A stretch of DNA of 64,000 nt, taken from contig JBFPLN010000005.1 of assembly GCA_051971635.1 (NCBI GenBank), positions 105,182-169,181 of the forward strand, given 5' to 3'. The notes under the pieces are model-generated. The model searched no databases, was not told the DNA's origin, and saw nothing but the letters and a program-made list of their open reading frames with translations. Source of the DNA: Candidatus Atelocyanobacterium thalassae (lineage in GTDB: Bacteria > Cyanobacteriota > Cyanobacteriia > Cyanobacteriales > Microcystaceae). Every line of letters begins with the position of its first letter. The first letter of the stretch is position 1. This document shows, one piece after another, positions 53,623 through 64,000 of the stretch. Position numbers and translations under genes: made by a program.

Positions 53623-55719
53623 TTGACACGTAATATCCCACTAGAGAAGGTACGAAATATTGGAATTGCCGCACATATAGATGCTGGTAAAACCACAACG
53701 ACTGAACGTATTCTTTTCTATACAGGAATCGCACACAAACTAGGTGAGGTCCATGAAGGTACTGCTATTATGGACTGGATGGTCCAAGAGCAAGAAAGAG
53801 GTATAACAATTACAGCTGCTGCTATTAGTACTAATTGGTTAGATCATCGAGTTAACATAATAGATACTCCGGGACATGTAGATTTCACAATCGAAGTTGA
53901 ACGTTCTATGAGAGTACTCGACGGAGTAGTAGCGATATTCTGTGCAGTGGGAGGTGTTCAACCGCAATCCGAAACTGTTTGGAGGCAAGCCAATCGTTAT
54001 AAAGTTCCCCGTATAGTTTTCATCAATAAAATGGATCGTACTGGAGCTAATTTCTTCAAAGTTTATAAGCAAATATGTGATCGCTTAAAAGCTAATATTA
54101 TTCCAATTCAAATACCTATTGGTAATGAAAGTGATTTTTGCGGTATCGTTGATCTCGTAAAGATGAGAGCTAAGGTTTATCAAGATGACCTAGGAGAAAA
54201 GATCGAAGATATTGAAATTCCTTCTGAATATTTAGAAAAAGCTCAGGAATATCGTACTAGGCTGATTGAAGCAGTTGCTGAAATTGATGAAACTTTACTA
54301 GAGAAATACTTAGAAGGAGAGGATTTAACGGAAGCAGAGATTAGAGAAGGCTTAAGAAAAGGTACTCTAGAACAGTCTATCATACCTCTGCTGTGTGGTT
54401 CAGCTTTTAAGAATAAGGGAGTCCAGCTGTTACTAGATGCTATTGTCGAATATCTACCTTCTCCTCTTGATGTTCCTTCAATTAAAGGATTGTTACCTGA
54501 TAACGTAGAAGGCTATCGTATAAGTTCCGATGAAGAACCCTTTTCTGCTCTTGTTTTCAAAATTGCTTCTGATCCTTATGGTCGCCTAACTTTTATACGT
54601 GTTTATTCTGGGATATTAAAAAAAGGAAGCTTTATTTATAATGCAGTAAAAAAGCAAAAGGAAAGAATTTCTCGTTTAATTATTCTTAAATCTAATGATC
54701 GTATTGAAGTAGATGAATTGAGAGCAGGAGATTTAGGTGCAATTATTGGTTTAAGAAAAACGACTACTGGTGATACTTTGTGTGATGAGAACCATCCTAT
54801 TCTTTTAGAATCCCTGTACATACCTGAACCAGTAATCTCTGTAGCCATAGAGACCCAAACTAAACAAGAACTTGATAAACTCTCTAAAGTTCTACAATCC
54901 TTATCTGATGAAGATCCAACATTTCGAGTTAATATTGATCCTGAAACCAATCAGACTGTTATTGCAGGAATGGGAGAATTACATTTAGAAATTCTCATAG
55001 ATAGAATGTTGCGGGAATATAAAATAGAAGCAAGCATTGGACAACCTCAAGTTGCTTATCGTGAGACTATCCTAAAGCTAGGTAAAGCAGAAGAAAAGTA
55101 CATCCGTGAAAATGGTGGTAAGAATCATTATGCTCATATCCTAATTCAGGTGGAGCCAACCGAAAGAGGTAATGGCTTTGAGTTTGTTTCAGCAATTGCT
55201 GATGGTATTATTCCAAAAGAGTTCATTACTTCAGCTGAGAGTGGTATTAGAGAAGCTTGTAATTCAGGGATTATAGCTGGTTATCCAGTAACTGATATTA
55301 AAGTAACTTTGCTAGATGGATCATTCAATGAAATTGATTCGTCAGAAATAGCTTTCAAAATTGCTGGTTCAATATCCATTCGTAATGCAGTCATAAAATC
55401 TTCTCCGACATTATTAGAACCTATGATGAAGATTGATGTGGAAATTCCTAACAACTTCTTAGGGGATATAATTGGAGATCTTAATTCTCGTCGAGGTCAA
55501 ATTAACGGAATGATCGCCGATGATGATCTTACGAAAGTCTCTGCAAATGTTCCTCTCGCAGAAATGTTTGGCTATGCGACTGACATGAGATCAAAAACAC
55601 AAGGAAGAGGAGACTTCTCAATGGAATTTAATCATTATGTAGAAGTCCCTCATAACATCGCTAAAGCGATAATTATGCAAAATACAGGGAACACTTATGA
55701 CAGTGAAGATTATCAATGA
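53623..55719 (+). CDS. fusA: Elongation factor G (str-operon copy, divergent domain IV)
   Basis: [49 protein letters not shown] start with AGGAGG RBS. Confidence 0.96.
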   Translation: MTRNIPLEKVRNIGIAAHIDAGKTTTTERILFYTGIAHKLGEVHEGTAIMDWMVQEQERGITITAAAISTNWLDHRVNIIDTPGHVDFTIEVERSMRVLDGVVAIFCAVGGVQPQSETVWRQANRYKVPRIVFINKMDRTGANFFKVYKQICDRLKANIIPIQIPIGNESDFCGIVDLVKMRAKVYQDDLGEKIEDIEIPSEYLEKAQEYRTRLIEAVAEIDETLLEKYLEGEDLTEAEIREGLRKGTLEQSIIPLLCGSAFKNKGVQLLLDAIVEYLPSPLDVPSIKGLLPDNVEGYRISSDEEPFSALVFKIASDPYGRLTFIRVYSGILKKGSFIYNAVKKQKERISRLIILKSNDRIEVDELRAGDLGAIIGLRKTTTGDTLCDENHPILLESLYIPEPVISVAIETQTKQELDKLSKVLQSLSDEDPTFRVNIDPETNQTVIAGMGELHLEILIDRMLREYKIEASIGQPQVAYRETILKLGKAEEKYIRENGGKNHYAHILIQVEPTERGNGFEFVSAIADGIIPKEFITSAESGIREACNSGIIAGYPVTDIKVTLLDGSFNEIDSSEIAFKIAGSISIRNAVIKSSPTLLEPMMKIDVEIPNNFLGDIIGDLNSRRGQINGMIADDDLTKVSANVPLAEMFGYATDMRSKTQGRGDFSMEFNHYVEVPHNIAKAIIMQNTGNTYDSEDYQ

Positions 55720-55771
55720 ATAATCAATGATAAAGTATTACTGTTTAAAACAACAAAGGAACTTTTAACTT

Positions 55772-57001
55772 ATGGCAAGAGAGAAATTTCAAAGAACAAA
55801 ACCTCATGTTAATATTGGAACTATTGGTCACGTTGACCATGGTAAAACCACTTTAACAGCTGCGATTACAATGACTCTAGCTGCTTCTGGCAATGCTAAA
55901 GCCCGTAATTATGAAGATATTGATGCAGCACCCGAAGAGAAAGCTCGCGGTATTACTATTAATACTGCCCATGTTGAGTATGAGACAGCAAATCGTCATT
56001 ATGCTCACGTCGACTGTCCTGGTCATGCTGATTATGTTAAAAACATGATTACTGGAGCAGCACAAATGGATGGTGGCATCCTAGTCGTATCCGCTGCTGA
56101 TGGTCCTATGCCACAAACACGTGAGCATATCTTACTAGCTAAACAAGTAGGGGTTCCAAGTTTAGTAGTTTTTCTAAACAAGCAAGATCAAGTCGATGAT
56201 GAAGAGCTCTTAGAACTTGTTGAACTAGAAGTTAGAGAATTACTAAGTGAATATGATTTCCCAGGAGATGATATTCCCATAGTATCTGGTTCAGCTTTAA
56301 TGGCAATAGAAGCACTTAAAGAAAACTCTACTCTTAAGCCAGGTGATAATCCTTGGACAGATAAAATCTTAGCACTTATGGAAGCTGTAGATTCCAGCAT
56401 CTCTGAACCAGAGAGAGAAATAGATAAACCATTTTTAATGGCAGTAGAAGATGTATTTTCAATCTCTGGTCGTGGAACTGTTGCTACTGGAAGAATCGAA
56501 CGTGGCAAAGTCAAAGTTGGTGAAACTGTTTCTATTATAGGTATTAGAGATACTCAATCTACTACTGTTACAGGTGTAGAAATGTTCCAAAAAACTCTTG
56601 ATGAAGGGTTAGCAGGAGATAATGTTGGTCTTCTTTTGAGAGGTACCAAGAAAGATGATATTGAACGAGGAATGGTAATAGCTAAAACTGGTTCTATCAC
56701 TCCTCATACTTTATTTGAAGGGGAAGTATATGTTTTAACAAAAGAAGAAGGTGGTCGTCATACACCCTTTTTCAAGAACTATCGTCCTCAGTTTTATGTA
56801 CGTACTACTGATGTAACAGGAACCATTCAAGATTATACTGCTGATGATGGTACAGCCGTAGAAATGGTAATGCCTGGAGATCGCATTAAAATGACTGTTG
56901 AATTAATTAGTCCTATTGCTATTGAGCAAGGAATGCGTTTCGCAATTCGTGAAGGAGGCCGTACAATCGGAGCAGGAGTTGTTTCTAAAATTCTTAAATA
57001 G
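55772..57001 (+). CDS. tuf: Elongation factor Tu
   Basis: [34 protein letters not shown]. Confidence 0.99.
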   Translation: MAREKFQRTKPHVNIGTIGHVDHGKTTLTAAITMTLAASGNAKARNYEDIDAAPEEKARGITINTAHVEYETANRHYAHVDCPGHADYVKNMITGAAQMDGGILVVSAADGPMPQTREHILLAKQVGVPSLVVFLNKQDQVDDEELLELVELEVRELLSEYDFPGDDIPIVSGSALMAIEALKENSTLKPGDNPWTDKILALMEAVDSSISEPEREIDKPFLMAVEDVFSISGRGTVATGRIERGKVKVGETVSIIGIRDTQSTTVTGVEMFQKTLDEGLAGDNVGLLLRGTKKDDIERGMVIAKTGSITPHTLFEGEVYVLTKEEGGRHTPFFKNYRPQFYVRTTDVTGTIQDYTADDGTAVEMVMPGDRIKMTVELISPIAIEQGMRFAIREGGRTIGAGVVSKILK

Positions 57002-57013
57002 AACAACCAAATA

Positions 57014-57065
57014 GTAATAGTTGGCTAGAATAAAGGTAAAATATCTCTTACTAGTCAACTATTAC
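57014..57065 (+). terminator. Hairpin between tuf and rpsJ
   Basis: gtaatagttggctag / ctagtcaactattac, 15-bp stem with one G-U pair. Confidence 0.55.
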
Positions 57066-57112
57066 CCTTAAATTTTACTTGACTAATTACTGAACCTTGA
57101 AAATTAAACATT

Positions 57113-57430
57113 ATGGCCACTTTAGCACAACAGAAAATCCGTATTCGATTAAAAGCATTCGACCGTCGTTTATTAGATACCTCCTGCGAAAAAATTGTTG
57201 ATACAGCTAACCGTACTGATGCAACAGCGGTAGGGCCTATCCCTCTACCAACTAAGAAACGAATTTATTGCGTTTTGAGATCGCCTCACGTTGATAAAGA
57301 TTCAAGAGAACATTTTGAAACTAGGACTCATCGCCGCATTATTGACATTTATCAGCCTTCATCTAAAACTATTGATGCATTAATGAAGTTAGATTTACCT
57401 GCTGGTGTAGAAATCGAAGTCAAGCTTTAA
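57113..57430 (+). CDS. rpsJ: 30S ribosomal protein S10
   Basis: [31 protein letters not shown]. Confidence 0.99.
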   Translation: MATLAQQKIRIRLKAFDRRLLDTSCEKIVDTANRTDATAVGPIPLPTKKRIYCVLRSPHVDKDSREHFETRTHRRIIDIYQPSSKTIDALMKLDLPAGVEIEVKL

Positions 57431-57453
57431 TCCCAGAAATATAGAAATAACAT

Positions 57454-57487
57454 TTTAGATAGGAGTAAAAAATTTCTCCTATCTAAA
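57454..57487. terminator. Probable bidirectional terminator after rpsJ
   Basis: tttagataggag / ctcctatctaaa, perfect 12-bp arms between convergent genes. Confidence 0.65.
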
Positions 57488-57552
57488 TATCCAAGTTTTA
57501 AAAAATCAATCCAAATAATCAACAAAAAACATGTTTAAGTTGTTGAATTTAG

Positions 57553-58245
57553 CTAAAGTAACTGAAGATGGCAAACCCATATTAAGAGTATGAATCCAAA
57601 TACTCCGATATAGGCAGGTCGTGAAAACTCACTTAGTAATAAATTTTGACGACCATCTAAAACTGCTAGGAATGGAACTATAGAAGTCCTTTGTTTTATA
57701 TAAATAAATTGTTCCTTGTAAAGTTTTTCAAGACGATGATCACCATGCCATATTGCAAATAAATGATAAGCAATTAAACCTAAAGAGGTTATAACAGTAA
57801 AACTACTACCGATCCATAAAGTATGAGCAATGCACCATATTACTTGTCCTACCATTTGAGGATGACGACAGATTCTTAATATTCCTGTCTCATGTAAATG
57901 TATCTTAGGCTTATTAATAGCAGCAACTTCTAAAAGATTAAAAGTAGATGGATACAAGAAAAGAAATGATGTTGCAGAAAGTAACCAAACGATAATCTTA
58001 ACTGCTAAAAATTCTTGAAATTGCCATAAAATTAAGCCATCATAGCGGTGATAAAAAAAATAAACAATTAAGAAGATAGCCATAGGAAGATTTACTAAAA
58101 CAAAAAAGATTCTATAGAATCTTGCTCCAACTTTAGCTTCTCCCCATGTCCTCAAGGCCGCTAAACCACTATGAAAAATACTAAATACTAATAATAATCC
58201 CAACATAATTAAATGACTTGTTGTTAGCCAATCAGTTAACTTCAT
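57553..58245 (-). CDS. NnrU-family membrane protein / 15-cis-zeta-carotene isomerase (Z-ISO)-like
   Basis: HSGLAALR, HRYDG, FLYPSTFNLLEVAA, TGILRICRHPQMVGQ, WHGDHRL, RTSIVPF. Confidence 0.85.
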   Translation of the reverse strand: MKLTDWLTTSHLIMLGLLLVFSIFHSGLAALRTWGEAKVGARFYRIFFVLVNLPMAIFLIVYFFYHRYDGLILWQFQEFLAVKIIVWLLSATSFLFLYPSTFNLLEVAAINKPKIHLHETGILRICRHPQMVGQVIWCIAHTLWIGSSFTVITSLGLIAYHLFAIWHGDHRLEKLYKEQFIYIKQRTSIVPFLAVLDGRQNLLLSEFSRPAYIGVFGFILLIWVCHLQLL

Positions 58246-58451
58246 ATTTCTATAACCAATCCATATAATATTAAATTAATTTATCATTCTATTTTAAGAT
58301 CTTAGAATATATCAACTTCTATGTTATGTTACTGTCGTATTTGATTAAATTTTTCTATTCTTTGAAACTTTTACATTAAAAATATTATGTAACCGCTGAT
58401 TATTCTAGTCGCTCTTTATACTGACTTTTTAAATATTTTTTTGATGATCTT

Positions 58452-59453
58452 ATGTCAGACATTCCTTTCACTTTAGATCAATTGCGTATTCTCAAAGCAA
58501 TAGCTGCTGAGGGGAGTTTTAAACGGGCAGCTGACACACTTTACATCTCTCAGCCTGCAGTTAGTCTTCAAGTACAGAATTTAGAGAAACAATTAAACAT
58601 ACCATTATTTAATAGAGGAGGTCGCAAAGCACAGTTAACAGAAGCAGGACGATTGCTACTATCATATGGAGAAAAAATTATTACTCTCTGTAGAGAAACT
58701 TGTCGTGCAGTCGAAGACTTACAAAATCTTAACGGAGGTACTTTAACTATAGGAGCTTCAGAAATAACTGGAACTTACCTGCTACCCCGAATGATTGGAT
58801 TGTTTAGACAAAAATATCCTGATGTAGTAGTTCAGCTACAAATATATTCAACGAGAAGAACGGCATGGGGAGTTAACAATGGACAGGTTGATCTGGCCAT
58901 TATTGGAGGGGATGTTCCTAATGAATTACAAGATGTGTTAAAAGTAATTCCTTATATTAAGGACGAATTAGCATTGATACTACCAGCAAATCATCCTTTG
59001 TCAAAAGTAGAAACTATTCAAAAAGACGATTTATATCGTTTAAATTTTATTAGCTTGGATTCTCAGTCCACTCTTAGAAGAGTAATCGAAAAAAATTTAA
59101 ATTATTGCGGTATTAATACAAAACGTCTTAACATAGAAATGGAACTAAATTCGATAGAAGCTGTTAAAAATGCAGTTCAGGCCGGTTTGGGTGCGGCTTT
59201 TGTCTCAATTACTGCAATTGAAAAAGAAATAAAGACAAAAGAAATTTATGTAGCTAATATCGAAAAAGTAAAAGTTAAGAGAACATTGTCAGTCATAGTG
59301 AATCCTAATCGTTATTGTTCAAAAGCCTCGGAAACTTTTATCAAAGAGATATTACCAAGATTTTCAAGCTATTATGAAAAATCAACCCTAGAGTATTTCT
59401 CTACATCATCCAGTTACCTAGATGAAGTTAGTGAGAAAACTAGTTCAGTTTAA
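58452..59453 (+). CDS. rbcR: LysR regulator RbcR/Ycf30
   Basis: [57 protein letters not shown]; divergent from the NnrU gene as is typical. Confidence 0.9.
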   Translation: MSDIPFTLDQLRILKAIAAEGSFKRAADTLYISQPAVSLQVQNLEKQLNIPLFNRGGRKAQLTEAGRLLLSYGEKIITLCRETCRAVEDLQNLNGGTLTIGASEITGTYLLPRMIGLFRQKYPDVVVQLQIYSTRRTAWGVNNGQVDLAIIGGDVPNELQDVLKVIPYIKDELALILPANHPLSKVETIQKDDLYRLNFISLDSQSTLRRVIEKNLNYCGINTKRLNIEMELNSIEAVKNAVQAGLGAAFVSITAIEKEIKTKEIYVANIEKVKVKRTLSVIVNPNRYCSKASETFIKEILPRFSSYYEKSTLEYFSTSSSYLDEVSEKTSSV

Positions 59454-59628
59454 ATTATTACAGGTTTGTAAATAATGGCTAACAGTTAGTTTTATTAGAT
59501 TAGCGACAAGCTATAAGTTAAATCAAATAGCTTGAAAAACAGCGCTATGTTACCTACACATTTGAATAAATATAAAAAAGGTATCAATATAAATTATTAT
59601 TTATAGCAATTAGTTTATTTTCTATTAT

Positions 59629-59997
59629 TTAGTCATCATCGAAAGGTAGTCCCAGCCTAATATTTCTTTTTCCATAATATTGTCCAAATTGTAATTCATA
59701 TACTTCATCTTCATCCTGAGTCTCTACCTCTAAATTCGACTTGGCATAACTTACGCATAAAAGAGCATAGCCTTTTTCTCTTAACTCGTGAGACAAACCT
59801 ATTGCTTCTTTTTGTTTAAGCTCTCCCGATAAAATTTTTACAGCACAACTAGTACAGGCTCCATTACGACATGAGAATGGAAGCTCATATCCCTGCTTTT
59901 CTGCACTGCGTAAAATGTAAGAATCATCAGGAACTTCAAAAGTATATTCATCACCTGTTTGACGCTGGTGTATGCGAACTGTGTAATGGTGGCTCAT
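59629..59997 (-). CDS. 2Fe-2S ferredoxin with C-terminal extension (Fed2/FdC2 type)
   Basis: LPFSCRNGACTSCA, GYALLCV, QDEDEVYELQFG..GLPFDDD. Confidence 0.9.
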   Translation of the reverse strand: MSHHYTVRIHQRQTGDEYTFEVPDDSYILRSAEKQGYELPFSCRNGACTSCAVKILSGELKQKEAIGLSHELREKGYALLCVSYAKSNLEVETQDEDEVYELQFGQYYGKRNIRLGLPFDDD

Positions 59998-60115
59998 AGA
60001 TAAATAATAAAAAACTAACTATAGGTGTTTTAAGCAATTAATCTTACGAAAACAAGGACCTCAAATATTTATACTATTTTTAGTTAAATATTGAATATGA
60101 AGCATAACTATAATT

Positions 60116-61288
60116 TTAATATTGAGGAATACTAGTATCAACTTCTTGACTCCAAGCATTAATACCTCCTTTGAGATTAGTTCCTATAATACCAAATTCT
60201 TCTAAAATATTTAGAGCTTTTCTTGACCGTCCTCCCATTTTGCAATGAACAATTAGGCGTTTATTCTTTATTAAATTTCTAATTTTTGGAATTCCTGTAC
60301 TGTCTTCTATACTCAGTAATGGTACCAAAATTGAGCCACTGATATGTGCAATTTCATACTCATTAATATTCCGAACATCAATTAGTACAAAAGATTCTGG
60401 TTTTAAGTCTATTAATTTTTTAAGATCTTGAACTGTTATTTCAGAAACCATAGTGTCATCTTTAATCTCAACTGCCGAGGGATTGGGAACGTTACAAAAT
60501 TCCTCATAATCTATTAATTTATCTACAATAGGACGATTAGGATTAGATCTTAGTTTTAATTCTTTAAAGGTCATATCCCAAGCATTATATAAAAGTAAAC
60601 GTCCACTTAGAGTATTCTTAGAACCTAGTATGATTTTAATAGTTTCCGTTGCTTGAATTGTCCCAATAATACCGGGTAATACTCCTAAAACGCCTCCTTC
60701 AGCACAAGAAGGAACCATTCCTGGTGGTGGAGGCTCTGGGAATAAATCTCTATAATTGGGACCTCCTTCATAATTAAAAACTGTTGCTTGTCCCTCAAAT
60801 CTGAAAATTGAACCATAAACATTAGGTTTGTCCAATAAAACACAAGCATCATTTGTTAGATATCGTGTAGGGAAATTATCTGTTCCATCCACAACTACAT
60901 CATAAGGTTTCAAAATTTGAATAGCATTTTCAGAGGAAAGACGACTTTTATATAAATCAACTTGACACGTAGGGTTTATTTCTAAAATTCTGTTTCTTGC
61001 TGATTCTATTTTTAGTTTTCCAACCCATGAGGTACCATGTATTATTTGGCGTTGCAAATTAGAGCTATCAACAATGTCAAAATCAACAATACCAATATGT
61101 CCTATTCCGGCAGCAGCCAAATAAAGCAATAAAGGCGAACCTAAACCTCCAGTTCCGATACAGACAACACTAGCAGCTTTTAATTTTTTCTGACCTTCTA
61201 GTCCAACTTCTGGGAGAATAATATGACGTGAATATCTTTCAATTTCTTCCTTGTTGAGTGTAATTGTTTCTAAATTAGGATTTATCAT
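60116..61288 (-). CDS. moeB: MoeB/MoeZ adenylyltransferase with C-terminal rhodanese domain
   Basis: RYSRHIILPEVG, GTGGLGSP, SNLQRQ, DGTDNFPTRY, PSCAEGGVLG, rhodanese HCKMGGRS. Confidence 0.93.
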   Translation of the reverse strand: MINPNLETITLNKEEIERYSRHIILPEVGLEGQKKLKAASVVCIGTGGLGSPLLLYLAAAGIGHIGIVDFDIVDSSNLQRQIIHGTSWVGKLKIESARNRILEINPTCQVDLYKSRLSSENAIQILKPYDVVVDGTDNFPTRYLTNDACVLLDKPNVYGSIFRFEGQATVFNYEGGPNYRDLFPEPPPPGMVPSCAEGGVLGVLPGIIGTIQATETIKIILGSKNTLSGRLLLYNAWDMTFKELKLRSNPNRPIVDKLIDYEEFCNVPNPSAVEIKDDTMVSEITVQDLKKLIDLKPESFVLIDVRNINEYEIAHISGSILVPLLSIEDSTGIPKIRNLIKNKRLIVHCKMGGRSRKALNILEEFGIIGTNLKGGINAWSQEVDTSIPQY

Positions 61289-61690
61289 ATCTGATCACAC
61301 CATGACGTTTAACTAAGAGTATAATTTTTTATATAAGGAAAGACTTATCTACGCTATTGTACCCAGTATTTATTTTAGATTTAAACTTAAGTTATTTATA
61401 CTTAACAAAAGTAATAATTAAACGTCTTATTTCAAAGCATTTATGTAAACGATAGAGCCTTAAGATATTTCTTGGGAATCGATCTTTCTTAGAGCTTTTA
61501 ATTTTTAACTTAGCTTACTTAAACTATCTATTATATATGTTGGATAATGTATATATATAATACTAGTATTTAATACTAAAGATTAATATTATCAATAGTA
61601 TTTGAAAATATTTTAAATGACATTCATAGAATCAATTTTTTACAAATTAATATATGTTCAAAATCTAAGTTATTAATTTTTGCATCTTAA

Positions 61691-63682
61691 CTATATAGGA
61701 TAGATATTTACTGTTCTTGATAAAGTATTAGTATTTTCAGAACTTTCCAAAGAAGGACAGTTGTCTTGATAAAGAGCTAGATCAAACCAAAAAGTTGTTC
61801 CAACGCCAACCTCGCTAATCAGATTAGTTTGACTATGATGTTTATTTATAATATTCGTGACAATAGAAAGTCCTAGACCAGTACCTTCAAGGGTATGAAC
61901 TCTATTCTCTACTCGGAAAAAGCGATCAAAAATTGCAGTTTGATCTTCAGGAGCAATCCCAATTCCAGTATCAGAGATTTCTACTCTAACAAATGACTTA
62001 TTATTAAATTGTTTAGATTTAACTTTAAAGTGATAGGCACGAACAACAATTGTTCCGCCAGAAGGAGTAAATTTAAGAGCATTACCAACTAAATTAGTTA
62101 TAACTTGTAGTAGTAAGTCATAATGCCCTAATACTAGTGGTAAAGTGGAATCAACCTCCTTATATAAAGTTAATTTTTTATCTTTTGCATTTAGTCTATA
62201 GGTTCTAATAGTTTGTTCAATTAACTGAGAAAGATCTACTGCACTTAGATAGTATGTTTTAAAAGATTCTAAACGGGATAAATCTAAAACATCGTTAACT
62301 AAACGAGTCAAGCGATCAGTTTCATGATTAGCCGTTTCTAGAAATTCTTTTCTTTCCATATCTGTTAGATCTTGTCCAAATTCAGTAAGAGTCTCAATAA
62401 AAGATTTTATGTTAAATAAAGGAGTTCTTAACTCATGAGATACGTTGCTTATAAATTGACTTTTAGCTTCATTCAGTCCTACCTCCCTAGTAATATCCTG
62501 CACTGTTATGGCGATACCTTTTAAATCTCTATGTTGATCAAAAACCGGGGTTAAGAGGACACGAACAATTTTTGATATTGGTTGCTGTAGTTTAATACGA
62601 TACTCTTCTGGATATATTCTGTGTTCTACATATGTATTATTAGCATGGTGGCTTTTCCGCATCATTTCTTGTAGTGGAAGCTGAAGCTGATTGGTTAACT
62701 CTTTAGGTAAAAGTTTTAAAACATTTTCGCCTATTAAATTTATCCTATTCCAATCAAACATACGTCTTGCTGTAGGGTTAACTAATAGAAGATCAAGATT
62801 AGTATCTAACAAGATTGCTCCATCAATAATTGTTGAAACTAAAGTATCTAATTTTGCTTTTTCAGCTGTTAATTCTTCAATATTGTGTTCTTCATGACTT
62901 TCAAGTCGCTTAGCCATTTCGTTGAAATTAAAAATTAATTCTCCCAACTCTCCACCAAACGGAAGATTAATACGTTGTTTAAAATTACCTGCTGAGATAT
63001 TTTTAACTCCAACCAATAATTCTTTAATAGGGCGCGTGATAGTTAAGGCATTAAACACTGCTCCTAAAATGACCATGACCCAAATAGCAACAAATACTGC
63101 AATAGTAACATCACGAGTTAGATTAGACGAATTAACAACAGTTGCATTTGGATTAATACCTATTGCTAAAAAGCCTAAGTCTCTATCTTCATGCTTTAAC
63201 GAAATGAAAACATCAGTAACTTTACCATTTGGACTCTTATGTTGTTGTATTACAGGTAAGTTATCGCCACTAAAAGCTGTATTTGGTAGTTTAATGCGAC
63301 GTTGAACGGTTAAACAGTTTTGAACTTCTGTTGATGAATAAGGAATTGCAAAAAATATATGTCCTTCTTTATCAGCATAAATCATGTAACGAACACTAGA
63401 AGTACTCTGATAAAATCTATTTGAGAAACGAGCGACTTCTGTTAAATTATCCTCAGCAATCAACGGAGCAACATTAGAGGCTAATAATAAGCCAAGATCT
63501 CTACCAAAACGTGTATCGTTTAATCGAGCATCTTTCTGAATAATATTAACTGCCCAAAAAGTTAAACCACTCATGAATAAAGAAACTGCTAAAGTTACAG
63601 TTGCCATTAATTTGGTTTGCAGTGTAAATTCTGACCACCAGTGTCTCATGATTTTTTTGACTGTATTTAAGGGGTTCAACAA
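61691..63682 (-). CDS. nblS: Sensor histidine kinase NblS/Hik33/DspA
   Basis: WWSEFTLQTKLMA, NDTRFGRDLGLLLA, HAMP, PAS, SNVSHELRTPLFNIKS, RVENRVHTLEGTGLGL. Confidence 0.95.
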   Translation of the reverse strand: MLNPLNTVKKIMRHWWSEFTLQTKLMATVTLAVSLFMSGLTFWAVNIIQKDARLNDTRFGRDLGLLLASNVAPLIAEDNLTEVARFSNRFYQSTSSVRYMIYADKEGHIFFAIPYSSTEVQNCLTVQRRIKLPNTAFSGDNLPVIQQHKSPNGKVTDVFISLKHEDRDLGFLAIGINPNATVVNSSNLTRDVTIAVFVAIWVMVILGAVFNALTITRPIKELLVGVKNISAGNFKQRINLPFGGELGELIFNFNEMAKRLESHEEHNIEELTAEKAKLDTLVSTIIDGAILLDTNLDLLLVNPTARRMFDWNRINLIGENVLKLLPKELTNQLQLPLQEMMRKSHHANNTYVEHRIYPEEYRIKLQQPISKIVRVLLTPVFDQHRDLKGIAITVQDITREVGLNEAKSQFISNVSHELRTPLFNIKSFIETLTEFGQDLTDMERKEFLETANHETDRLTRLVNDVLDLSRLESFKTYYLSAVDLSQLIEQTIRTYRLNAKDKKLTLYKEVDSTLPLVLGHYDLLLQVITNLVGNALKFTPSGGTIVVRAYHFKVKSKQFNNKSFVRVEISDTGIGIAPEDQTAIFDRFFRVENRVHTLEGTGLGLSIVTNIINKHHSQTNLISEVGVGTTFWFDLALYQDNCPSLESSENTNTLSRTVNIYPI

Positions 63683-63864
63683 AATTAATTTACATTTATA
63701 AATTTATAATTTGTGACTTTTAATTATATCTATGTTATCCCTATAAAGTTATTTTAGCTTGTTGAGATCATAGGAATAAATTAAATAGTCAATTTTTTGA
63801 GAATTATAGTTGAAAACTATAATTTATTATGTTATTATTAATTTCTGTTGGACAAATAGAAAAA

Positions 63865-63946
63865 GGGTCGATGCCCGAGTGGTTAATGGGGGCGGACTGT
63901 AAATCCGCTGGCTATGCCTACGCTGGTTCAAATCCAGCTCGGCCCA
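63865..63946 (+). tRNA. trnY: tRNA-Tyr(GTA)
   Basis: GGGTCGATGCCCGAGTGGTTAATGGGGGCGGACT-GTA-AATCCGC...GGTTCAAATCCAGCTCGGCCCA. Confidence 0.97.
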
Positions 63947-63952
63947 CCTTTC

Positions 63953-64000
63953 GCCCGTGTGGCTCAGTGGTAGAGCACACCCTTGGTAAGGGTGAGGTCA
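63953..64000 (+). tRNA. trnT: tRNA-Thr(GGT), truncated by the window end
   Basis: GCCCGTGTGGCTCAGTGGTAGAGCACACCCTT-GGT-AAGGGTGAGGTCA; usual trnY-trnT pair. Confidence 0.95.

Noticed and set aside
57530..57580. Slightly short C-terminus of the NnrU/Z-ISO protein
   Set aside because: Only the variable tail is affected; core motifs are intact
61289..61690. Possible remnant of a JAB/Mov34 peptidase gene upstream of moeB
   Set aside because: Only a few residues of vague similarity and no HSHP motif; cannot be supported by eye
4000..63305. Short nested or antisense ORFs in the track (4000, 6366, 6932, 12090, 14554, 18495, 19608, 22538, 22874, 31648, 33417, 44087, 53249, 53839, 54636, 55877, 56188, 62691, 62922)
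   Set aside because: All lie within or largely overlap well-supported genes and have no motifs; typical shadow ORFs

Overview
AT-rich (roughly 30% GC by eye), gene-dense chromosomal segment of a unicellular cyanobacterium of the Crocosphaera/Cyanothece group undergoing genome reduction. Intact chlorophyll genes (chlL end, chlN, chlM), decayed genes, gene-free AT-rich tracts and no HIP1 octamer seen by eye suggest, by inference, a UCYN-A-like (Ca. Atelocyanobacterium) endosymbiont. Most of the window is housekeeping: cobQ, rpmG-rpsR-rnb, aroQ, thrS, serS, rodA, mrp, uvrB, sat, rpsP, murC-murB, fabG, the str operon, rbcR, moeB, nblS and three tRNAs. I saw no mobile elements or CRISPR arrays. 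The main signals not shown by the ORF track are: (1) a 2-Cys peroxiredoxin pseudogene with both catalytic Cys codons mutated; (2) a Yfr2-type sRNA; (3) a full-length RecJ homolog that has lost every catalytic motif yet keeps an open 2.3-kb frame; (4) a str-operon EF-G with altered domain IV tip loops; (5) a Tat-exported caspase-like pseudoprotease; (6) an ~8-kb lipid-carrier/GT-C glycosylation and sugar-methylation cluster. All assignments come from motif recognition by eye; no database searches were run.
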